Notes: generated by a model from the sequence alone, not told the origin. DNA of 64,000 bases from Priapulus caudatus (GCF_000485595.1 NW_014577088.1:288536-352535), one strand, 5' to 3'. Positions 11,643 to 23,484 are shown, counted from the stretch's first letter. Translations and numbers: made by a program.

Positions 11643-13834
11643 ATTATATATATATATATATTGATATATATATATATGTACAGTTCAGTGGTTGGCAAGT
11701 TTGGCAGTGGCCACGTTTTGGAGTTCCTCCTCTGCATACGATATTTTCCTAGCTGCCCGTTTCCTCTTTTACGCACATCTACTCCCTCGTTTGTCGTTTC
11801 AATAATTCCAATTTATGTGCATTAATTTGATTATATGTGAATTTAATTACAAAATGTTAACCTATAAAAACAGCTACAGGAACAATAAAGTAATAAATCG
11901 GTTGCTTTACAATACTCATTTCATTATACCCACGCACGCACCGGAATACGATAGGAGCGTCAATCTCGCAAGAATTCGCCGTCCTTCAATATGTCCTTGT
12001 TATAGTCCAATCCCTCCCATATTTAAATAATCTTTTCGTCAATAGGCCTACGTCTGTATCTACCGATACTCGGAGACCGTTTCATTATCAACGTTGCATC
12101 ACAATCGTACAGACCTTGCAATTTTTAATGACCAACCCTAAAGTGTACAAGATAAAATATTTCGTACATTTGGTGGGAAAATATTAATCGATATTTATTT
12201 GTATGTCTGAAAGCGTTAAGCAGCTGACGTACCCACTCTTTCTCTCGATCGTACGGTTGGTACCGAACATTGTGTAAGATGCGCTAATTTAAACAAACAG
12301 TTTTTCACAATATAAATAAATCCATTTAAATATCTTCAGTATGCCATACGCATTCATTTGAGACCCTAGTTCAACTCAGACAACTTACTTGCATCATATC
12401 AGGAGTGCGTCAATACAAATATTGCAAAGAACAATACGTAATGGTGTTTATATTTATAATCCACTAGAAATAGTGGCATGTATTTATGTACAATTTATAG
12501 AATTATGACTTTATAATACACATTCACAGACAGGCAAAAATAACCATCCAGGAGCAAATTGAACAGTGTATGATTTACATTATTTATACATAATTTAGAG
12601 AAATATAAGAAAATAAATACCAATTGGTTTTTTTACTATTCATGTACTATTCAGTTCTTTTTTCGTATCGAGACATCGATACATCAAAAGAACACAGTAG
12701 GGGCCTACTCCTAAAACAATAGAAATGCTAAATTGGTTTCGGTGTGACTAAAGTCTATTTTTGAGGCTAACCTACCAGCGACTTTTAAAATCGATGCAGT
12801 GTTCCTGATAGTTTTATTGAAATCATTACGACACTATAAAAAATTCAAGCTTGATATGTGCAGAATGTACAATCCACTCTGCCAGATTTGTACAAAGCAG
12901 AAATGTGGCTCCCGCTTAACATATATTTTCAACAAATATGATGCCTACATGTCAGATGGTCACATGGTAAAAAACATTGGTCAGTCAATTTAACTTCACA
13001 GCAGCATAAGAAAGCAACAGCACACAGACTCACGTATATACGAAAGAGAATGCATAACAACCATAAATCGCCTCCCAGCGCGAAACAGAGTGAATTCAAC
13101 CATTCTGACTTCATATAGTGCTAAAACCTGAGGTTAAAAAAATGTTTTCGCCAAGAGTATACTTTGACCAGATTTAACATAGACGATGTATGTATGTGAA
13201 TATCACATATATCTTCTAATTAATTCAGTCGACATGTACCTATGGGATCCGGACAACCTTGTTAATATATAATTTTTACTGTGGTTTTGTGTAATTTTTA
13301 GTAGGATAGTGGTCTTTAGCTGTTTAATAAATAAATTTTTATTTGCTATAGTATACAGTTTCACCTACAAAATTTACTACTGGCTACGGTACCAAAGGTT
13401 TTTCCACATTATGACAAAAAACATTCCACAACTGTAGAATACAGTCAGTCAACAGTTTGGGAAATTCCCGATAACTTCCAACAAGAAGTTAGCAAATAAA
13501 CAGTAGAGGTTGCAGGCTATCCAGTTCACCTAGTAAAATGTTTATGAAGTAGGAAATTATGGAAAAGTTTGGGATAAATCAAAAAGGCCATGTGCACGCT
13601 ACAGCAATAGTGGTAATGAATTGAGCAAATCTAAATTAGGTTTCATTTAATGTTTTATATCCCCTTTTTTCGATATATATTATAAAGAAATTAAAACGAG
13701 ATTGTAAAAACTACCAATAGCCAATAGGTATTCATCGATATTAAAAGCCTATGTAACTGACTGTGCTGAGTGTCTCAATGAGGGATGCCATAGATTGCGT
13801 GACTGGGGCTTATTTTCAAACTTTTCACATCATA

Positions 13835-14187
13835 CAGGGTGCGAAATTAACGGGAGTCCGGAGTCAAATACTCCCTGATTTACTGTCAGACTCCCTGATT
13901 TGACATATGCAGGAGTCCGTGCGACTCCCTGAAAATTCTGCCATACTAACTAGTTCGTTCCAGAGCACGGCCTCACGGAATTACCGTATTTTATCAGCTA
14001 ATGTCCAAAGAAAATTGGGCAGACGTGCAACCGCATGAATCTTCAAAATAAGCACATGCGTTATTGTTATTATATCTTTAATTTTGAACCTCAAACTGCG
14101 GACTCCCTCATTTTGTTGCGGACTCCCTCTTTTTGAGGGTAGGTAGTCCATTGGACTCCCGTGTTCAAAAGTTAATTTCTTCCCCTG
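13835..14187. mobile_element. hAT-like MITE with 5-bp TSD (TCATA)
   Basis: TIRs cagggtgcgaaattaac / gttaatttcttcccctg; TCATA at 13830-13834 and 14188-14192; repeated subterminal gactccc/ggagtc motifs. Confidence 0.75.
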
Positions 14188-15296
14188 TCATACATTAAAT
14201 TTAAAAATTCTTAATCTTTAAAATACCAACGGATTGTAATCTTTCAACTTTTAGCAGTAGTTTCAGTTAAATCATTCATGCATTTTTGCAGATAACAGGT
14301 TATTTATCTTTTTTACTGCAAACTTCTGTTAAAAAGCATGTGACAATAAACTTTAAAAGTCAAACTTACCATACCACCACAAGTAACAGCACAAGCAATG
14401 GTGTGATCCAAAACAAACTAATTAGTTAAAAGACAGGTTTTTGATTGTTTTAACCATTCATATTGACAGGGAACATTAAAAATTAGTATTACACAATTAA
14501 TTAACTGAAAATAAGGCTGAAAGCAGGAATAGTGTAACTTGTAAAGACTACAAAGTCTACTCCAATCTCCAGGATTAATTCAGGAAAAACAGGATTACTG
14601 GATAGCCTTCAAAGGTTATTGCCTAGCATGGTTTAATACTTCCAGACATGAACATTTTTGTAAAAAAATGGTTTTCTAATAATTGCAAAGATTATGTTGC
14701 ATGTGAAAAAAACATGCTCAGAGAACTGAGCAGAAGATCCGGAAGTAACCTGGTAGCTGTGCAGTGTAAAAGTAGCAAGTGAAACTGGGCAAAACAAATA
14801 GTTGGTTTTGTCACAAAGGCTTGAATGTGGGCTTAGCTGTACACAGCACTGCATGAGGCAAACATTACAGAGTTTTCAACCAAAAACAAAGGATGCATAT
14901 GTCCCATGTCCATGTGGTTCTACCACTGTTTACAAATTTTTGTACAATTGTACACGAATTTTTGTACAATTGTACACGAATTTTTTCCCCATGATTTGTC
15001 TGAAACTCTAGGACAATTTAGCACTCAATCGTCAATCAATTGAAACCATAACTGAGGCTTACTTTGCTGTTCACAGAGACTGCAGTGAGCACAAAAATGC
15101 ACAATGATGATAATGATTATTCAGATCTAGTTCTTGCAAAACTAACGATCTATGTCGACTTCATTTGTGGTGGCTTCGTTCTCTGCACAGCTTATTGCCA
15201 AGGTCATTGTGAAATCATACATACCTCATCGAAACACCTAGAAGGGACGATGTTTCCGATACAGACAGAACGCACAGTCTCGTCCACCGTACTACG

Positions 15297-18200
15297 TCAA
15301 GAGAGTATGCTGCCTATGGCTTCATTCAGTTCCGCGTCACCCTGATCGCACAGCTTCTCCCCGCCCTCGGCCGCGCCATCGTCGAACGTACACGCCAGCG
15401 CGGAATAGTTCGGGTCCATCATGCATTTGCCGTCATCGTCGCCGTTCTCGCCCGCGTCGTAGTCGGACGGGTTGGCCGCGCCACGAGCGTAGACGTCCGC
15501 CGCCGCGTCGTAGTCGGACGGGTTGGCCGCGCCGCGAGCGTAGACGTCCGCCGCCGCGTCGTCGTCGTCGTCGTACTCCTCGCAGTAGTCGACCGGCCTG
15601 TAGACCTTCGCAGCGCGCGCGTAGTCGTCGTCGCCGACGACGACGTCGTAGCCGGTCTCGTCCTCCGCCATGCTGCCGTCGATGCCGAGGATGCTGCTCA
15701 CCGCGTCCATTGTCTGCTTCCGCATCTCCACCTCCTCGCACGTCTCCTCCTCCTCTTCCTCTTCCGCATCCTCGCCGGCAGAGGCGGAGGCGGCGGCGAA
15801 GCGGGTCTGACCGTCGTCGTCGTCGTCGTCGTCTGCGCCGCTCTCTCCGTCGCCGCAGCCGTTCACGACGACGACGCGATTCGCGTCGGGGTCGTAGGTC
15901 GTTGCCGCGGCGACGGCTTCTTTGGCACCGGTGTACTCCTGCTTGGCGTCGACGTACTCGGCGTAGTCGTACGAGCTGTCGGCGTAATCGCCCGCGTAGT
16001 CGACGATGTCCAGCGACGGATGAGTCATGAGCAGCGTCTGCACTGCCGCCTGCGACTCGTCCATGCTCTCTTCGGCTTCGTTGTCGCCACCGGCGCCCGC
16101 CTCCTGCGTGTGGTACGCGTCCTCGGGCAAGCCGTTCAGCGCAAAGTATTCGTTTTCGCCCTCGACCAGGGCATTCTCCAAGATGTCGCGACGACGGGAG
16201 ACCGCGTTCGGACTTGGCACATTATCACAGTATTCCTGTGGATCAGGAGTAAAGGCCCGCTCTGCTCCTTCCATAACACGAGGCTGATCCGTGGACGGCT
16301 TTCTGTCTGAACACCTGTCTTCCGCTAGCGCTTTCGCACATGCTTCACTTTTGCTGTTCACTTTGTTTAGACTTCTCTGCATTCTGCAGTCAGCAGCAGT
16401 GAGCACATACGTAGGCGCCTCATTATTCCCACCCAAACATCCAGGTTCAGCCAGTTCAGTTACACTCTCTTTGGTAGGTGAGTCAGCGACTCCGTTCTCT
16501 TCAGAGACGAGCAACGCGCCGTCAGCTGAAACTTCACTTTGAAAACAGTATGGATCACTATCCATGAAGCTATCTTCGTCACTAAGTGTTTGCTGTATTA
16601 TGCTTTCTAGGGACAATGGTAGATTCAGCGATTCACTGTTCGGCTGAGACAAGTTCGATGACATCAAAACATCGCTGTTAGATGTAGGAAGAATAGTTGG
16701 CGAGTCAACTAGGGATTGTTTTGGTATGGACTCTATCTCAGTCTGACCAGTATAAGTCAATGAACTTGAGCAGGGTGACACAGAATAACCAGCTGTAGTG
16801 AAAGTGTTGAGTGGACTGACCAACGAACTATCAAAATCAGCCGTCGACGTAGCACTAGAAGGTGGAGTTGTCGAAACACTGCGATATACATCATCAATCA
16901 CAGGTGTGTCGTGTTTAACAGCAGTTCGTTCCTCATCATTATCACTTGAATTTTCAACTTCCAGCTTATTAAATGCTTTAGAGCTATCCAAATCTTCAGC
17001 GGACGAACTGCCGTATTTATCAGAATCACTGTTCATTTCAGTCGCATCAGTAGTTGCTGCGGCAACTCGCTGCTTCTTGATGATCTCATCTAGTTTCAGC
17101 ACCAACTCTTCGGGAACGGAATACTGGCCTGCATCTGCCGACGTCCTATCGGCCTTCAGCTCGTCTCGTTCTTGTCTGACGAGCAGCCGATTCAACATGA
17201 CGCGCTCCCACGACGGCGACTCACGCTGGCTCTCCTGCAGCAGCATCAGCTGGAACTGCCTCAGCATCTGCTCCTTCTTCGCGAGCAGGCCGCTCGAGAC
17301 GGCCTCGAACGTCTCGTCCATCTCGCCGGGGTCCTCCGACGCGGGCAACTTCGACGTGAACACGTGAAAGCGCAGCAGCTGCTTGCACGCGTCCTTCACC
17401 GAGCGGAACGGCACCTGCGCCGTCTGCCGCGCGGCGCGTGTGCACAGATTCTGATCCTTCGTCAGCTGCTGCTGAATGCGCGACGACTTCAGCACCGGGG
17501 TTCTACCGGTCGCCGAGCCGGGCCGCTTCGACCCCTTGCTCGTCTCCGCCGCACTGCTCGTGGATGGACTCGTAGCACTGCCGTGTTTCGCCGGACTCGA
17601 CGTTGCCGTCGCTTTCACGCCCGGCAGCTGCACCAAATTCGCTAACGCGGGTCCGCCTTTATTCATCAACACCTGCTTTTGTTTCTCGACGAGCGCCTTC
17701 TGCTGCTCAAGAGGGAGCGTTTTCAGGTACTCCTGGAATTGCCTGAGCTGCTCCTGTGCCGCCGAAGGCAACTGCACTATCTGATTACCGACCCTCAACT
17801 TATTTGGAAAGCTTATTACTGGCGAGTATCCCGCCGCTGGGACACTAGATAATTGCGCAGGTGCCTGCAACATAGTTGAGGTTGCAGTCGTTACCGTCAC
17901 AGATGACGTGGTAGTCGTTACAGGTCTCGTACCAGGCCTAATGGCTATGGGCACTGGTCGCTTGAGAAGATTACTCAGGTGGGAGTTGTGCGACTTAGCA
18001 GAAGTGGTTTCAGCTGGCTTCACTGCCGACACAATTGCATTTGTCTTAGGAGAAGAACTTGATTTCACATCCAACATACTAACAGGTGGTTCGACAGCCG
18101 CCTGCTGACCCTGTACTTGCGCTATGCCACTCTGTATAGCTGCCTCTCTACCCTGATTGATAATGGTTTGCTGAATGTTGAACAGTTGCTGCAGTCGATG

Positions 18201-20147
18201 TTTCTGCGTATCCGTGGGATCTTTTATGCTAAGAAGCCCTCTAATATGAACCTGCACTTTCTGTAGAATTTGCTGATTCTGTGGAGTCAATTGAATAGTC
18301 TGGATTTTTTGTCCCTGCACTGGTTTCGGTGCCAATTGTGGGACAGATGCTTGTGTGCTCTGAAGGTTGGACTGATGCTGATCGCTGTTCACAATTCGAC
18401 TAATCTGATCAGTGGCCAGCATCTGCACAGCAGATTGTGTCCCATGCTGAAGCACTACATTTGGCTGTGTACCTGGCTTCCCTTGCACAATCATCTGTGG
18501 CTGAGGTGAGCCGAACAGCAGCCTCTGTCCCTGTGACATGATCACTTGCTGTGAGTTCGTACCCTGTGACATCTGCCCCTGTGCCGTCGTGTAGTGTCCG
18601 ACCGACTGCGGTGCCATCACTGTCTGTGGCGATGACTGCAAGACCATGTACGGCGATGGCTGGGTGACAGGTATATGCCGTGGGCTAGAGTTTGGCTGTA
18701 TCACGGCATACTGTGGCACTGCAGTGTTGTTTTGTGAAGGAGCACTTATGGACGTGACCATCGTTGGCTGGGCAGAAACAGCAGAATAATATGCACTTGT
18801 TGAAATCAACGGTTGTTGCACACTTTCACCAGATTGTTGCGACACAGGAAAATGCTGTACAGTCGACGTTGGCTGACCAGCGGCAGAGTCTATGCCTGGC
18901 ACTGGCAGACTACTAGTCTGAGATCCCTGAATGGCATTATGTAGCACAACCCCATGTGAATTTTGGGAACCATGCTTATAATTCTGCTTCGGCAGCTTAA
19001 GCTGTTCATAAAGCAGTGAAGAATTCGTATTAGCGCTGACTGCCACTTGTTGTAGGTTAGGCACAGTCTGAGTATTACTGGGAGCAGTTTCTTGCATTTT
19101 CTTAGCAGCGATTAGGAACTGTCCCATAGTTTGCACATTAGGCACATTTGACTGAGAACTACACACGTGATTCTGCATCACCACCTTACTCCCAGTGTTG
19201 GCGATACTGGGCACTTGCTGATGCGGCTGGACAGAGGTCATCGGGAGAACTGGTTGAAGTTTTGACTCGGGCAAAGGTCCAGCACCCACAGAAATATTTG
19301 GTAAAACTAATTTACCTTGGTTCTGAATAAGCTGAGATATAGGCAGGTTCAAAAATACCTGCTGCCCATTGATCTGTGCACGCACTAACACAGTCTGTTG
19401 CTGCATCACTGCAGGTGGTGTAGCATTACTTTGATTTTGCACCATTATGTTCTGCAAGGACTGCATGCGAACTAACTCCACACTCTGAGATCCTGGAGCA
19501 ACAGGTCTGACGGCCTGCTGTAATGTCACCGCATTACCAGTCGGTTTCACAAAACTGCTTGCACCGGCGACAGCATTTTGTGCTTGTATGTGAAGGATTT
19601 GATTACCGTTGTACATCTGCTGTGTTGAGTTCACAGGTAGAAACTTCACGTCTTGGCTGCCACCGACGCTTATGGTCTGTACCTGGGTCGGTGCCTGACT
19701 CTGAATCACAATTCTGTTTGCATTTACTGCCGACGGCTGCGCATAAGCACCTAGACCAGACTCTGTACCATGCAGCACATTTTGCTGCTGATCAACGACA
19801 ACATGCGGCTGCCCAGGTAAGAGGTTCTGAATGTGTTGATTCGACTTGAGCATCAGGTGGTGGGGCAAGTGATTGGCAGAACCTCCTTGCACAGCTGTTG
19901 TTGGTGCAAACTGCGCAGGTGACGTCGATTGAGTCACCTGGAGAAGCAGTTGTGCCCCTCCAGCTCCTTTCTGACCCAGTCTATTCTCCACAGCATGTAG
20001 ATTCTGCTGCTGCCCATTGCTCCCATCGTACACTGCAGATATAATCTGCTGCTGTGTTACACTGCCCCCTACACGGTCACTGGTAAGAAAATCATCTAGA
20101 GCTGCTGGATCATTGATCACATCCAGCAGACACTTCCCTTCTTCCAT
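15297..20147 (-). CDS. BICRA: BRD4-interacting chromatin-remodeling complex-associated protein (GLTSCR1/BICRA family, ncBAF/GBAF subunit), 1616 aa, intronless CDS
   Basis: N-terminus MEEGKCLLDVINDPAALDDFL matches the GLTSCR1-family start; Q/S/P-rich disordered middle; GLTSCR1 domain (LTKDQ...PFRSVKDACKQLLRFHVF...FEAVSSGLLAKKEQMLRQFQLMLLQES...ERVMLNRLLVRQER); in-frame stop shortly upstream of the ATG. Confidence 0.93.
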   Translation of the reverse strand: MEEGKCLLDVINDPAALDDFLTSDRVGGSVTQQQIISAVYDGSNGQQQNLHAVENRLGQKGAGGAQLLLQVTQSTSPAQFAPTTAVQGGSANHLPHHLMLKSNQHIQNLLPGQPHVVVDQQQNVLHGTESGLGAYAQPSAVNANRIVIQSQAPTQVQTISVGGSQDVKFLPVNSTQQMYNGNQILHIQAQNAVAGASSFVKPTGNAVTLQQAVRPVAPGSQSVELVRMQSLQNIMVQNQSNATPPAVMQQQTVLVRAQINGQQVFLNLPISQLIQNQGKLVLPNISVGAGPLPESKLQPVLPMTSVQPHQQVPSIANTGSKVVMQNHVCSSQSNVPNVQTMGQFLIAAKKMQETAPSNTQTVPNLQQVAVSANTNSSLLYEQLKLPKQNYKHGSQNSHGVVLHNAIQGSQTSSLPVPGIDSAAGQPTSTVQHFPVSQQSGESVQQPLISTSAYYSAVSAQPTMVTSISAPSQNNTAVPQYAVIQPNSSPRHIPVTQPSPYMVLQSSPQTVMAPQSVGHYTTAQGQMSQGTNSQQVIMSQGQRLLFGSPQPQMIVQGKPGTQPNVVLQHGTQSAVQMLATDQISRIVNSDQHQSNLQSTQASVPQLAPKPVQGQKIQTIQLTPQNQQILQKVQVHIRGLLSIKDPTDTQKHRLQQLFNIQQTIINQGREAAIQSGIAQVQGQQAAVEPPVSMLDVKSSSSPKTNAIVSAVKPAETTSAKSHNSHLSNLLKRPVPIAIRPGTRPVTTTTSSVTVTTATSTMLQAPAQLSSVPAAGYSPVISFPNKLRVGNQIVQLPSAAQEQLRQFQEYLKTLPLEQQKALVEKQKQVLMNKGGPALANLVQLPGVKATATSSPAKHGSATSPSTSSAAETSKGSKRPGSATGRTPVLKSSRIQQQLTKDQNLCTRAARQTAQVPFRSVKDACKQLLRFHVFTSKLPASEDPGEMDETFEAVSSGLLAKKEQMLRQFQLMLLQESQRESPSWERVMLNRLLVRQERDELKADRTSADAGQYSVPEELVLKLDEIIKKQRVAAATTDATEMNSDSDKYGSSSAEDLDSSKAFNKLEVENSSDNDEERTAVKHDTPVIDDVYRSVSTTPPSSATSTADFDSSLVSPLNTFTTAGYSVSPCSSSLTYTGQTEIESIPKQSLVDSPTILPTSNSDVLMSSNLSQPNSESLNLPLSLESIIQQTLSDEDSFMDSDPYCFQSEVSADGALLVSEENGVADSPTKESVTELAEPGCLGGNNEAPTYVLTAADCRMQRSLNKVNSKSEACAKALAEDRCSDRKPSTDQPRVMEGAERAFTPDPQEYCDNVPSPNAVSRRRDILENALVEGENEYFALNGLPEDAYHTQEAGAGGDNEAEESMDESQAAVQTLLMTHPSLDIVDYAGDYADSSYDYAEYVDAKQEYTGAKEAVAAATTYDPDANRVVVVNGCGDGESGADDDDDDDGQTRFAAASASAGEDAEEEEEEETCEEVEMRKQTMDAVSSILGIDGSMAEDETGYDVVVGDDDYARAAKVYRPVDYCEEYDDDDDAAADVYARGAANPSDYDAAADVYARGAANPSDYDAGENGDDDGKCMMDPNYSALACTFDDGAAEGGEKLCDQGDAELNEAIGSILS
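15452..15562 (-). repeat. in-frame 51-bp tandem duplication in the BICRA tail (DAAADVYARGAANPSDY x2)
   Basis: Two copies differing by one synonymous base. Confidence 0.9.
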
Positions 20148-20309
20148 TTTCAGCTCTCGTTTTAGCTAGCATAGAGAGTGGTTCCGTCATCATTGTGCCA
20201 TCCTATGACACAGGTAAATTAGTGGAAGTTTATGTATTTATCTGTTACGATAACCAGATACATGTGACTTGCTAGCAGTCGTGATCTTACATCTTGCTTG
20301 AAGGATACC

Positions 20310-21209
20310 CTGTGAAATAAACAGAACAGTCAAACAATAAAACAGATTTCAAGATCAGATAAAATCGAATGCGGTGGCATGATAGCGTAGAAAATGCTTG
20401 CAATATGTGCGAAGCTAAAATACTAACTTAATCCTTTTTTACCCCACTACTTTGCTCTAACATTAAAGCGATGTTTTTACCAACCATTTTCATATTTTCT
20501 CAACAGTTCTGATACTTTCTGGTACTTCTTGTATAACACCAAATGTATAAAGTAAGGCTAACATGTCATAGAACACTCGCACAACATTTTGCCACCAATA
20601 TGTGATCCAACAATCAGCATTTCAAACTAGATTCTTTACATATGCCAACAAACCTAGCGTGTGATTTTTGCTCTCGCGAGACCAGAACGCTGTCTCTCCA
20701 CTAGGTTAGTTTCCTTTGTATACATTTCGGGATAGGTAAGAGAGAAGGAAATTAAGTTTGTTGGAGGTAAACAAGTGACAAAGTTTATAAGGGAGGCTGT
20801 GGCACAGTGTGTGTGGGATGTAACACACTACTACCTAGGTCAGGGATAGTTTTAGGGTTTGCGGTAAAAACGCTCAATCAAGGGAAACAGTCGGAATATA
20901 TGACTTATAAGTTTTAATTAATATTTCAAAAAGATATTCACATAAATATGTAACATTCCTACCAAGATTCAAGACAAATGGCAATATTTAGTCTGAAATG
21001 CGTATGCGGTATGGTGCACAAAGTATTGACATTGTCTGCGTGTGATCTGCCCTCATGGGTAGGTATAAATTACTATAATCAACAATAATATGATCAATAT
21101 GTCGCATCGCTAACTCTGCATGCAATTGTATAACATTCATGGAATCACACTGTTATGTTTCAAGTTATACAAAATAAACATGACAGTAGGAAAACGATTG
21201 CGAGTTTAC
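20310..21209 (-). other. probable 5'UTR intron of BICRA
   Basis: Minus-strand acceptor ctgtttatttcacag at 20310-20311 and candidate donor ACG|gtaaac at 21208-21209. Confidence 0.45.
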
Positions 21210-21399
21210 CGTTCAGCGGTTCCACACTGTAGGCATTTTCAGAACCATCGTGTGAGAAGATATCCTTATAATCGGCCAACATTTTCATGTTTGCTAGCGT
21301 CTATGGAAATTGCGATTAATTACAGTTAGACTTTGGATAACCGAAGTGCTAGAACACAATGATTTTGAACCAAACGCAAAACCAAACCTGGAAATATAT

Positions 21400-22058
21400 T
21401 CAAGATTTATCAAACAATATGGCGACTTTTTTTGAAACGTGCTGCCACCTACACTGAGGTACGGCAATGACAACGGCGACCTGTTTGTGACCCCTTAGAT
21501 CAAGGCCCGTAGCCAAGGATTTCTGGTTACGCGTATACTATAAAAAGAAATGCATATGCATGTCAAGTTAAAATTAGACATGCTGTGTGTTTTTTTGTAT
21601 TTCCATTACGCCTAGTACGGAGTAATGCTGACTCAAATCGCAATTTTCCAATTAACCGACCTAGCTCTACTTGTAGTTGTAGCAGAGTTGTAGTAACTTC
21701 AACTAACTTGTAGTTGTAGTTGTACCAGAGCAATCAACTTATTTATTGATTTATATGCTCTGCTTGTACTCTGTAAAATAACAACACGCGAATAATTCAT
21801 ACCGAATAATACCGAATAATTCATAATTCTCCGACCTCGAAATTAACCACCCCCGAAATAATTGTCCGTCAAGTCTGAAAGGTCCGCCAACTTTCTGAGC
21901 GGAATATTTATCTTTGACGGCGGCCGGGATTGGCTGATACCAAGCATGGCCTCAATAGTAACTGGCGCGATTTTTAGTTTTAGTTTTAGTTTTGTTTTGT
22001 TGAACCGACACCGTTCGTGGAAATTTATATAATATCAACATTGAATTCATTCAGTGCA
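21400..22058. promoter_or_regulatory. candidate bidirectional promoter BICRA/BARD1
   Basis: Head-to-head ATGs 1.9 kb apart; YY1-like aatatggcg ~21416-21424, inverted CCAAT (ATTGG 21929-21933), E2F-like tggcgcga 21963-21970. Confidence 0.5.
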
Positions 22059-22129
22059 ATGGAAAGTGGCTGGCAAGCAACTAGAAAAGCACTATTGCGT
22101 CTTGGAGAGTTGCTTTTGTGTGAAATATG
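22059..22129 (+). CDS. BARD1: BARD1 coding exon 1 (MESGWQATRKALLRLGELLLCEI-C), start of RING
   Basis: Resembles BARD1 WxxxRxALxRLxxLLxCxxC; donor TG|gtaaag, phase 2. Confidence 0.88.
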
Positions 22130-22483
22130 GTAAAGTTTCCATGTGTCTGAAGTTTTTGGTGATGTTGATTGTTGTTATTAATAATATTAATAATATTATG
22201 TTAACTTGTAATGTTAGTTGCCTTTTAGGCAGTGGCTACGGGTACGGTAGCTGTATCTTAAAGTTAATGTCTCGAGGCTACGGGTACGTAGCGGGAGGGT
22301 TTTTTTTTTCGCTATGTCCAAGTCATAAGAAGAGAAAATAGCATAAGCTCTAGTCAAGTTAACGAGCGCTGCCATGGTCTGATAAATCAACGTGCCTCAG
22401 AAACTCCATGTTTTATATGGTGGCATTCCACTGCATTGTCCACCGATAAGTGTTTAAACCACTAACCCTAATGCCTAACGCTA

Positions 22484-22934
22484 AGCCTAGGAACACCACC
22501 TGTGCGATTTCTTACGGCTGGCCGCTTGCGATCTATACAATACCGGTGCCGGGTCGCGCGCGATGTGTCCCGGTCTTCCCGGCAGCGCGTATGTTTCGCG
22601 CGCGATCCCATACGACCGGCGCATCGCTTGCATTCAACATGTTGAATATTCCCGCCCGGTTTCCATCGCTTGCGCACAGCGCATGCGGCGTTGCATGCGC
22701 TTGCACCCAAAAAAGCCGTGCCCAACACAATGAACAATCGTGTTCGAACCAGCGATTGTTTTAGCAGCCAAGCAAGGTAGGCAACGAAGCTAGGAAGCCG
22801 TTAGAGTGGTTTGCACCGGACAGGATGTGTCGCAGCTGTACCGCAACTCGTACGGCGTTCTAAAATCATGTGAGCGAACGATGACTACGCTGACGGGCCG
22901 GGCAGCGTACAGAATCGCTAGTGTGTCCTAGGCT
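22484..22934. mobile_element. PIF/Harbinger-like MITE inserted in a (CCCTAA)-like tract, BARD1 intron 1
   Basis: TIRs agcctaggaacaccacctgtgcgatt / aatcgctagtgtgtcctaggct; CTA/TTA flanks; noisy sequence. Confidence 0.6.
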
Positions 22935-23484
22935 TTAACCTAAACCCTATTTTTAAAAATATATTAAAAATTAATTTTTAATGTTGTAAAAATTTAATTG
23001 TTGTTATTAAATGTTGTAAATACAATCAGTAAATATTTGCGTTATGATTGGAAAAAGAATGTTTAAACAAGATAAAGATTAGAAAAATACAGAAACAGGA
23101 AAATAATTAGAAAAGGAGTATGGGAGTTGCGATCCTTTCGACTGCCGTGTTCATATAAACTTGGACGCCCGCGATGGTACGTGCTAAGGCGTAATCGAGT
23201 ATATTAGATAACTAGAATTTTTGGATGTGCTATGGTATATTACGACATTGTGACGTCGTTGAGCCGACAAAACAAGTTCAACCAAATAGCAGCGCTCATT
23301 TAGAAGCCCTATGTTCTTTGATTTTCAGCTAGGAAAAAAAATCACGCGGACGGGAAGCCATTCGCTGTCATACTTAACGATGTACCAAAGATCGCTGGCG
23401 GTGGCGCCAGACTTCGGTAAATAACGCCTTGGAAATCGTAAATCACGGATTTGAGAAGTTTAGATGAGCTAGAACCCTAATGCC

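Noticed and set aside
15433..19849. Antisense and alternative-frame ORFs overlapping BICRA
   Set aside because: Shadow ORFs from GC-rich codon usage of the real CDS
21660..21725. Repeated ACTACAA motifs as ZNF143/THAP11 bidirectional-promoter sites
   Set aside because: They lack the downstream TCCC half-site and look like a short repeat remnant
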